Assembly (NCBI RefSeq): GCF_006345805.1
Contig: NW_021832204.1
Span: 1-34,069 of the forward strand
DNA: 34,069 nucleotides
Direction: 5' to 3'
From: Octopus sinensis
Taxonomy: Eukaryota
Numbering within the stretch: the first letter of the stretch is position 1; every line of letters begins with the position of its first letter. The notes under the pieces are model-generated. The model ran no database searches, had not been told where the DNA came from, and was given only the letters and a program-made list of their open reading frames with translations. Positions 24,261 to 32,738 of this stretch are shown here, one piece after another. Both the position numbers and the translations under genes were made by a program.

Positions 24261-24492
24261 TTTATTTTAAGCAGCAGAAAATTCAACAAAATCTGTTACT
24301 CTGAGTTTCTCGTTGCCGTTCATCAGACAGTTTTTGCTAGATTCTAGCAAAAACTGTCTGATGAACGGCAACGAGAAACTCAGAGTAACAGATTTTGTTG
24401 ATTTTCTGCTGCTTAAAATAAAGCATATTACTCTACCACTGGTATTTGAGTACTCTTTTTTCCACCTTGTTTCACATTTATGTGTTTACTCC

Positions 24493-24494
<2 letters not shown>
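24260..24494 (+). mobile_element. Palindromic mini-derivative of the PLE at 10616-12307
   Basis: ~82 bp arms with a 1 nt spacer (24342), the same 3' tail, flanked by (TA)n. HHR motifs at 24293-24330 (-) and 24354-24391 (+). Confidence 0.8.
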
Positions 24495-24540
<46 letters not shown>

Positions 24541-24959
24541 ATAATATATATATATTCTATATATAAAACGGAAATGTGTTTTTACCGCTTGGATCGCTTT
24601 CAATGCCATTACATCCCGTCCGATTCGCTCCAAAATTACAGGGACATGTAGAATGAGGTGACGATGCTCGTGGGCTACCTTAGAAATCCCTAGCTTAAAA
24701 GGTGTGGTTGCTAGGGGCCATCTTCCTCACTCACCCTATTTCCTCCTTTCCCTCTCTTACTCCCCATCATTAATAACTTTGAGAATGCTACTCCCGTTAT
24801 TTAATGTATTCCCCTCAACTCCCTTTCACTTTCCCTTTATAAGATCGTCAGGCGGCTTTCTTTGATGTATCTGTTTGCATTCATAGGGAGAATTATCATC
24901 GCTACCAAACAACACACAATCATGAGAACAAATATTATGAATCAGATATTCTTGCGTTC

Positions 24960-25200
24960 ATTTATATGTGTGTATGTGTGTGTTCTATATATAAATATGT
25001 ATATATAATGTATGTGTGTGTGTGTGTGTGTGTGTTCTATATAAAAATATGTATATATAATGTATGTGTGTGTGCGTTCTATATATAAATATGTATATAT
25101 AATGTATGTGTGTGTGTGTATTCTATATATAAATATGTATATATAATGTATGTGTGTGTGTCTGTGTTCTATATATAAATATGTATATATAATGTATATA
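24960..25200. repeat. ~45 bp minisatellite built from TA/TG units
   Basis: gtgtgttctatatataaatatgtatatataatgtat repeated about 5 times. Confidence 0.8.
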
Positions 25201-25474
25201 TACAAAGTGTATATATCTTTATGTATATTAAACTTTTTCATACTTTTTCATAGTTATATATATTTTTAAACAAATTATAAATATAATTTAATAATTTTTA
25301 TTTTCAATCTAAATAATTTAAATTTTTCAATCTTATATTTTCTATATTATATATTTTTTTTAATGTTTTTGTTTTTTGTTTTTCACTGTTTGATTTGCCT
25401 ATTAGTGGTTTTATCTCTAATTTAATTTATACAGATATATATCTCATTTGTATACATTTGTATATATAATGCGT

Positions 25475-25551
<77 letters not shown>

Positions 25552-26039
25552 TATATATAATGTGTGAATTACGTAGTCGGTCGATTCAGCTGAAAATATG
25601 CACACGTATGTTAAAAGTGCTGGCAAGTTTGCATGACAACTATTTTTTTCCTCAAATGAAAGGCGTCACCTCTAGGACAAAATTCCTCATCTTATAAAAT
25701 GTGGCCCCAGTAGACCCGAATGAAATCGAGTTATATTAACCAAAATGTGAAAAGGGGTCTAAATGGGGCTGGAAGGGGATTAAAATTTAAAGGAGCGGGT
25801 GTTTAGCAATTCTCTGTTACATCAAGCTAAAAAATTTGCGCCAGCCTTTTAATCGTCAATGTGTTGCCGTCCATGATAAAGAAGTTTTGAATGCTTGCCA
25901 TGGTGAGTCTACTGTCGTGAGAAAGAATCACTTCAAAACTTGGTGTTTACGAATTTTCATTTACATCAAGTTCAAAATTTTACGCCAGCCGTTAAACTGT
26001 CACTACGTTGCTGTCCGTCGTTAAGAAATGGAGGCTGCA

Positions 26040-26290
26040 CCAGGATCCAGTCTGATCTGGCAGTGTTTCTACAGGTGGATGACCTTCCTAATGCCAACCA
26101 CTCTGTGAGTGTAGTAGGTGCTTTTTTTCGTGCCGCCGGCACAGGTGCCAGGGGGCTCGCAGCGGCAACGATCGGTTGGTGCTTTTTACGTGCCACCGGC
26201 ACAGAAGCAAGTCAAGGCGGCGATACAATCGGCCACGTTCGGATGGTGCTTTTTTCGTGCTGAAAGGAAGCAACAGAAAGTAACAACCAC
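26040..26290 (+). mobile_element. Retroposon 3' region (RTE-type tail) with ~55 bp internal repeats
   Basis: gtttctacaggtggatgaccttcctaatgccaacc resembles RTE 3' UTRs, followed by 3x ggtgcttttt.cgtgc. Confidence 0.5.
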
Positions 26291-26327
26291 ACTCTTACCC
26301 GCGCGTAGAGCGGGTCACCTTCAGCTA

Positions 26328-26382
<55 letters not shown>

Positions 26383-26392
26383 GTGTGTGTGT

Positions 26393-26447
<55 letters not shown>

Positions 26448-26681
26448 AAAATTAAGGATAAAATCTTTATTAGAAATTATCAGTAGTTAGCGTGAAAAAC
26501 CTCGTAAGAGAAAAAATCTGTAAATTTTTCTACTTTGAAAATATTTATTTATATTATATAGAGGGTACTATTATTCATAGGTACCGCACGCTAGGAGGGA
26601 CTCTTGCAGTCAAAACTACTAAAATAAACAAATTGTACCGAATGCAAAACTTCAAAGCAAGTCATTTAAAAACAGAATTTA

Positions 26682-26745
26682 GTTACATATCACCTGTGAT
26701 TTCGCAATCAATGCAGAGTATGCATTCTATCCTCTTCAGTGCAAC
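26682..26745 (-). ncRNA. Type I hammerhead ribozyme (one helix II mismatch)
   Basis: gttgca CTGAAGA g..aatgca-tactc-tgcatt..c GAAA tca-cagg-tga TA tgtaac. Confidence 0.75.
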
Positions 26746-27168
26746 GAACTCAAGACATGTAAGGAAAAAACACAATATAGCATACCCGACAGCCAACCGT
26801 AGAATTCGTCGTAGCATGTACGAATGTACATATCTATGAAAATGGCGGGCTTATTCGCAATGCATTTCGGTAACAATTTGCCTATTCGGAACAAAAATTC
26901 AGTATTGAACTATTCCGGTGAAAAATATAAATTTAAAATTAAGGATAAAATCTTTATAAGAAATTATCAGTAGTTAGCGTGAAAAACCTCGTAAGAGAAA
27001 AAATCTGTAAATTTTTCCACTTTGAAAATATTTATTTATATTATACAGAGGGTACTATTATACATAGGTACCGCACGCTAGGAGGGACTCTTGCAGTCAA
27101 AACTACTAAAATAAACAAATTGTACCGAATGCAAAACTTCAAAACAAGTCATTTAAAAACAGAATTTA

Positions 27169-27232
27169 GTTACATATCACCTGTGATTTCGCAATCGATG
27201 CAGAATCTGCATTCTATGCTCTTCAGTGCAAC
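27169..27232 (-). ncRNA. Canonical type I hammerhead ribozyme
   Basis: Helix I GTTGCA/TGTAAC (6 bp, one G-U), core CTGAAGA + GAAA, G10.1-C11.1, helix II with ATGCAG/CTGCAT stem, 4 bp helix III with CAGG loop, AUA cleavage site between 27175 and 27174. Confidence 0.85.
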
Positions 27233-27459
27233 GAACTCAAGACATGTAAGGAAAAAACACAATATAGCATACCCGACAGCCAACCGTAGAATTCGTCTAC
27301 TTCTTTATTACCCACTAGGGGCGACACAGAGGGGACACCACAATACATTGGGGACACAGAACATTACAAATTAAAAGTATGTAGGATGAAAATTTTCTGA
27401 GAATGATAATATGAAAGCGATGCTGACGGCCCCATCCGCCAGCACCACTTACCTGTCCT

Positions 27460-27870
27460 TCATAACCTATCGTCATTTATCATCTCCAATAAAAAGCCCA
27501 TTTTCCTTATCATTCTCTCAGCCTTCCTTTCTATCTCTTTTATCCTCTCATCCGAAAATTCCACCTTAATCACTTTTACACCCTCTCTTACACACAACGC
27601 CATAATTGTATCCATTAGTTCCCCTGGCACCACCGTATAACTCCCATCTTCTCTCTCATACCATGAAAAAGTATTTAAGATTCTTTTCGAATTCTCAGTG
27701 TCTTCCCTTTTCACAAAACATAACATATGGGACTTGGGATCTTGTTTACTTTGTGTCTGCGTTATTTTTTGGTTTTCTTGTAGGCGGGGAGTGGGTGGGA
27801 TCACTGTTTGCAGGGGAAGGCTGGGGCTCAGAGGGTGCGGGTGGTGTTGGGGTGGGTTGGGGTTCGACAT
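27460..27870 (-). CDS. Overlapping downstream ORF, likely C-terminal extension of ORF1
   Basis: Non-repetitive C-terminal part (HMLCFVKRED..MGFLLEMINDDRL) overlapping the ORF1 end and stopping ~160 bp before the element 3' end. Confidence 0.45.
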   Translation of the reverse strand: MSNPNPPQHHPHPLSPSLPLQTVIPPTPRLQENQKITQTQSKQDPKSHMLCFVKREDTENSKRILNTFSWYEREDGSYTVVPGELMDTIMALCVREGVKVIKVEFSDERIKEIERKAERMIRKMGFLLEMINDDRL

Positions 27871-28807
27871 AGTTCGATTTCTTTCTTTTTCTTTTTTTCC
27901 TTACATCCTCCCATTTCGTCTGGGCTTCCTTCTCCTCCTCCGTTTCTTCCTCCTCAACTTTTTCCTGCTCCACCTCCTCCTTTTCCTGATTTACAGTTTC
28001 TTCTCGTGGGGGAGGGCAGTAGGCTCTTATGTGGCCCCTCAGGTCACCCTTATAACATCTTGGTGCTCTGCCCTCCACCCACACTCTCATTACTATATTC
28101 CCGAAGATTATGATGTCGGCCATTCTTTCTAGTGTACCCTCCTCGGCTTGTACACTCATCTCTATCGTTTTACCTCGCCGACCTGCATTTTTTACGGTAG
28201 CTTGCAAAATGTCCACCTCTTCTTCCACATCTTTTATTACCGCCGCAACGACCCATTCACCCTCTATGTGGGAGGGGGGTATCTTTTCCACTCTTATTCT
28301 AGTTGTTCTTTGGTTCATATACGATGGTAGTAAGATTACTTTTTCTGTTTTGATTGTCTTCGCTGCCATTTTCCTCGCTATAATCTTGTTTTCAAACTGC
28401 ACCATAATTGTTCCGAACTCATTACCTCTTGCCATGAATATAATTTCTTCTTCCACTCTCCTTAGCGCCTCCTCAATATCTTCCATTTTTACCATTTCTA
28501 CTCTCTTATCATTTACGTATGTCCGGTATTTAATCACTCTCTTCTCAAACCATTCTCCACGTTTTTCTGGTGGAAGTAGTTTTACCTCACCTCTTTCCTT
28601 CGTCATGCATGCCTGAAAGCCTGGCAACTTTTCCAGGTTTATCTCCTTTTCCTCTAACTTTTTTGCTGCTCCTGCGTACGTCTTCCCGGTTTTTATATCC
28701 ATATTGTTAACGGCACCGATTAGCTCGTCCTCAGAGGTCGATGCTTCTGACAAGGTCTCGAATATCCATTCTTCCTCCATTTCTCCCATTAGGGAGGGGT
28801 GGTCCAT
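27746..28807 (-). CDS. Gag-like LINE ORF1 protein (353 aa, probably continuing by frameshift into 27460-27870)
   Basis: TYAGAAK motif, RRM-like alpha/beta region, [24 protein letters not shown] (knuckle with the 2nd Cys lost, intact in the 7888 copy), acidic/basic and Pro-rich tail. Confidence 0.75.
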   Translation of the reverse strand: MDHPSLMGEMEEEWIFETLSEASTSEDELIGAVNNMDIKTGKTYAGAAKKLEEKEINLEKLPGFQACMTKERGEVKLLPPEKRGEWFEKRVIKYRTYVNDKRVEMVKMEDIEEALRRVEEEIIFMARGNEFGTIMVQFENKIIARKMAAKTIKTEKVILLPSYMNQRTTRIRVEKIPPSHIEGEWVVAAVIKDVEEEVDILQATVKNAGRRGKTIEMSVQAEEGTLERMADIIIFGNIVMRVWVEGRAPRCYKGDLRGHIRAYCPPPREETVNQEKEEVEQEKVEEEETEEEKEAQTKWEDVRKKRKRKKSNYVEPQPTPTPPAPSEPQPSPANSDPTHSPPTRKPKNNADTK

Positions 28808-28972
28808 AACCTTTTGTCTGTCTCAACACAGACAGACAACGGCCGCCAGAACAGAAACAGTATAACAAGAAACCGTATCACAAAACGTACAACAACAATT
28901 CAACAAAATTAATTGGCAACTTATAATAATCACGCGTGTTCGAATAATAACAACCTGTCCGTTGGACTGTCA

Positions 28973-29628
28973 CAACCGTAGAATTCGTCGTAGCATGTAC
29001 GAATGTTTATCTTTACATATCTATGAAAATGGCGGGCTTATTCGCAATGCATTTCGGTAACAATTTGCCTATTCGGAACAAAAATTTAGTATTGAACTAT
29101 TCCGGTGAAAGATATAAATTTAAAATTAAGGATAAAATCTTTATAAGAAATTATCAGTAGTTAACGTGAAAAACCTCGTAAGAGAAAAAATCTGTAAATT
29201 TTTCCACTTCGAAAATATTTATTTATATTATATAGAGGGTACTATTATTCATAGGTACCGCAGGCTAGGAGGGACTCTTGCAGTCAAAACTACTAAAATA
29301 AACAAATTGTACCGAATACAAAACTTCAAAGCAAGTCATTTAAAAATAGAATTTAGTTACATATCACCTGTGATTTCGCAATCAATGCAGAATATGCATT
29401 CTATGCTCTTCAGTGCATAATTTTAAATTTATATTTTTCACCGGAATAGTCCAATACTGAATTTTTGTTCCGAATAGGCAAATTGTTACCGAAATGCATT
29501 GCGAATAAGCCCGCCATTTTCATAGATATGTAAAGATAAACATTCGTACATACTACGACGAATTCTACGGTTGGCTGTCGGGTATGCTATATTGTGTTTT
29601 TTCCTTACATGTCTTGAGTTCGTTGCAC
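28973..29628 (-). repeat. HHR repeat, right part, plus inverted terminal segment (29418-29628)
   Basis: Resumes exactly at the TSD. HHR core at 29356-29417. 29418-29628 is the reverse complement of the gtgca..tttaaaatta part of the monomer. Confidence 0.9.
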
Positions 29629-29717
29629 ATACATACCTACAAACATATACATAATACACAGGCACACACAAATGTATGTTTGTATGTATATGCACATGTA
29701 TATATATATATATATAT

Positions 29718-31357
29718 GTTAGTTAGTTAGTTAGTTAGTTAATTTGGCTCAAAAGAAAATAGCAAGGCCATGTAGGGGGACATGGAGTTAAGTACAGGGT
29801 GGTGTTCATGTAAAGAGTTCAGGCCACTTGAGGTCAAGGGAGGCTTTGAACAAAGCGGTCGTCGGCATCTTCACCATCTCGTCTGGCAGCTTGTTCCACG
29901 GATCCGCAACCCGGACGGAGAAAGCTCCTCTCCTTCGATTGAGATGAAATCGTCGCAGGTAGAACTTTTCGGAATGACCCCGCAGCCGACGCTCTGGAGC
30001 AGGAGTGAAGAACAGCTCTTTCGAGAGGTTACACTTTCCGCTTATGATGTTGTGGGCGAGAATGAGATCACCACGGCGGCGGCGTTTTTCAAGAGAATAA
30101 AGGTCGAGCGTCCTCAGCCTTTCTTCATAGGACAAATTTTTGAGACCATGAACCATGCGGGTAGCCAGCTTCTGACTCTTTCGAGATGCTGTATGTCTTT
30201 GAGGAGATAAGGAGAAGAGGCTTGAATCCCGTACTCCAATATGGGTCTCACCAGCGTGACATAGAGTGGTAGGAATATGGCTGCTGTGAGCATTCCGAAT
30301 GACCGTCGAATCAAGAACAGAATTCCGCGTGCTTTGTTGGCAGTATGGACGCACTGGGCCGAAGGCGAAAAGGAGGAATCCACCAAGATACCCAGGTCCT
30401 TTACCTGATCGGTCCTCTCCAGCAGCAGACGACCCGGCTCGAAATCAAGTTGAGTTGCAGGAGGAGAGCCGACAGGCTGATGACAGCACTTTGACACGTT
30501 CAGACACAGGTCCCATTCGTTAGACCACTTCCAAATTTGGTGGATGCATCGACGAAGATCCTCTATATCACCGCGAGGAGCGACCAGTTTGATATCGTCG
30601 GCAAATAGAAGGGTGTGTTGCGTGAGGTCGTCGGGCAAGTCATTTATGAAGACTAAGAACAATAAGGGCCCAAGCACTGAACCTTGAGGCACGCCACTGC
30701 TCGCACTGGAGACGTCGGACCGCGAACCATTTACTTGGACTTAGAAGGAGCGATCTGAGAAGAAGGCACCAACCCATCGTACAATATCCGGATGGAAACT
30801 ATATGCTTGAAGCTTGACAAGTAATAGGCGGTGGTTTACCGAGTCAAAAGCTTTGGCAAAGTCCAATAAAACGATGTCAACAGCATCACTATCATCGAGG
30901 ATGCGCGTCACCAATTCTTCTTCATTACCAGTAAGTTTGGTCAAGCATGATCTCTTCGGCACGAAGCCGTGTTGGGATCAGAGATATAGGCTGTGTTTTG
31001 GAGGTGGAGCATCATACTTTTCTTAAGGATGGTTTCGAACATCTTGCTGATTATTGATGTAAGGGAAACCGGTCGCTAGTTAAAGCGGGTCTTCCGGCTC
31101 CCTTTCTTGAAATTTGGCAGATTATCGCTGTTCTCCAGTCGGCAGGTATAACACACCCGTCCAATGACATATTGCATAGACGTGTTAAGGGCTCGCAGAT
31201 GACCGGAGCCAACGCTTTGATACCCGTGGGTGTATACCGTCAGGGCCGTGACCCTTGTTGACGTCGAGGCCTTGAATAACACGTTTGACTACGTCCCGCG
31301 TGATGACCAATCTAGGCATTGGAGGTACCGATCTATATTACCGATCTTGTTTGAAAA
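29718..31357 (-). mobile_element. 5'-truncated CR1-clade LINE (RT domain to 3' end) with (TAAC)n tail, inserted in (TA)n
   Basis: GPDGIHP, RPVSLTS, DFAKAFDSV, GVPQGSVLGPLLFLVFINDLP, LFADDIK, LRGH..WNKLP across frameshifted ORFs. Six TAAC units at 29718-29741. Confidence 0.92.
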
Positions 31358-31404
31358 TATTATATATAATATATATATATATATATAGATATATATATAT
31401 ATAT

Positions 31405-31703
31405 ATCACGTGATCACGTGACCGACCAAACCAACAGATGTTGTAACACATCGCTGGTCACAATGCGTTCGCATTGTTTTAGCCTTCGAATGACCGCCAC
31501 TCCGCTGGCTAAGCGAGTAGGCCAACAGAAGAAAGAGTGGGAGAAAGAGTGGTAAAAAGAGTACAGCAGGGAGCACTACCCCCTGCCGGAGCCTCGTGGA
31601 GCTTTAGGTGTCAATAAACAATCACATCGCCCGGTCTGGGAATCGAAACCACGATCCTACGACCACGGGTCCGCTGGCCTAACAACTGGGACATTGCGCC
31701 TCC
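31405..31703 (-). mobile_element. SINE family 2, counterpart of 9601-9894
   Basis: Near-identical to 9601-9894. Confidence 0.85.
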
Positions 31704-31740
31704 ATACATATATATATAATATATATATATATATTATATA

Positions 31741-31807
<67 letters not shown>

Positions 31808-31810
31808 GTA

Positions 31811-32238
31811 TAGTACGTTTAAATATTTGTTGTGCAAGATTTTTTATGTGAAGTCGTGTGTTGAAACAGATATTGTTATATTTCGGAATGGTCATTTTGC
31901 CAGTTTAGCCAATAAAAACACACGCACTATATATTTGGTGTTATTTTGCTTCAGTGTTATTTATTTTTTACATTAATCTTAATCTTATTTCGCCAGAGTT
32001 CTTTCGTCACACTCCTGTGACCGCATCAGGCTGACGGTTAGTAAGGAGAGACACAAATAAGAAAGAAGAAAACAAAGGACCACTGATGCGGTCACAGGAG
32101 TGTGACGAAAGAACTCTGGCCGAAATAAGATTAAGATTAATGTAAAAAATAAATAATACTGAAGCAAAATAACACCAAATATATAGTGCGTGTGTTTTAT
32201 TGACTAAACTGGCAAAATGACCATTCCGAATATAAACA

Positions 32239-32241
<3 letters not shown>
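31811..32241 (-). mobile_element. PLE-type hairpin insertion: ~160 bp inverted arms, 53 bp spacer, 60 bp one-sided tail, in (TA)n
   Basis: Arms 31871-32029 / 32083-32241, tail 31811-31870, HHR-like motif CTGATGCG GTCAC..GTGAC GAAA in both arms. Confidence 0.65.
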
Positions 32242-32272
<31 letters not shown>

Positions 32273-32283
32273 TGATATGTATA

Positions 32284-32329
<46 letters not shown>

Positions 32330-32517
32330 TATATATATATATATATATATATATTAATGGTGTGGTGTGATGTGTATAGAAGAATATATTAATAAAAGGA
32401 ATTCCAACCTGTCTGATTTTCACGTTTTTTTACAATCTTATAATGATATATTATAAGATAATATATTATAATTGAATAAATAAATGAAATAGTAGAATGT
32501 TAAATGTTCATTCTGAT

Positions 32518-32562
32518 TGAACTAGTACTTTCATGCATTGAATTCTGCAATCTTCGGGTTCA
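32518..32562 (-). ncRNA. Minimal type I hammerhead motif with core variant CCGAAGA
   Basis: TGAAC CCGAAGA t TGCA-gaattcaa-TGCA t GAA AGTACT A GTTCA. 5 bp helix I, palindromic helix III AGTACT. Confidence 0.6.
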
Positions 32563-32625
32563 TGTAGTAGTGTTGACAGTCATGCTTCACAATTTTTGAC
32601 TGTAGCAAGATGATTGATTCTGTGC

Positions 32626-32738
32626 TATAAATACAGCTGGGTAGGCTCCAGAGTGCTAGGTTTTGCAAACTGTATTCTGACCAATCAGTGTGTAGTATCA
32701 CTCAATTACTTACCTGATTGGTTGGTTGAGCTGATTGG
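32626..32738 (-). promoter_or_regulatory. Putative pLTR promoter: three CCAATCAG boxes and a TATA-like box upstream of the HHR
   Basis: ctgattgg at 32714 and 32731, ccaatcag at 32681, TATAAATA/TATTTATA at 32626-32633. Order fits minus-strand transcription toward the HHR. Confidence 0.45.

Larger units (their letters stand above)
26445..27297 (-). repeat. Head-to-tail 487 bp repeat with one HHR per monomer (retrozyme-like), left part
   Basis: Period of 487 bp (26492 vs 26979, 26688 vs 27175). Continues at 28973 beyond the inserted element. Confidence 0.9.
27298..28972 (-). mobile_element. Apparently complete ORF1-only non-LTR retroelement, 1675 bp, with 17 bp TSD
   Basis: TSD caaccgtagaattcgtc at 27281-27297 and 28973-28989. 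5' end TGACAGTC (Inr-like), ~165 bp 5' UTR, gag-like ORF, 3' end ..gggtAATAAAgaagta. No RT or endonuclease coding sequence. Confidence 0.85.

Noticed and set aside
25815-26030. Weak mariner-like N-terminal translation (YIKLK..VH..CHGESTV) with a ~150 bp internal repeat
   Set aside because: Too degenerate to call without a search
26492-27374. Recurrent MKNLVREKICKFF ORFs (also at 9048 and 29166)
   Set aside because: GTG starts, variable stops between copies, no recognisable motif, antisense to the ribozyme. They recur only because the DNA repeat recurs
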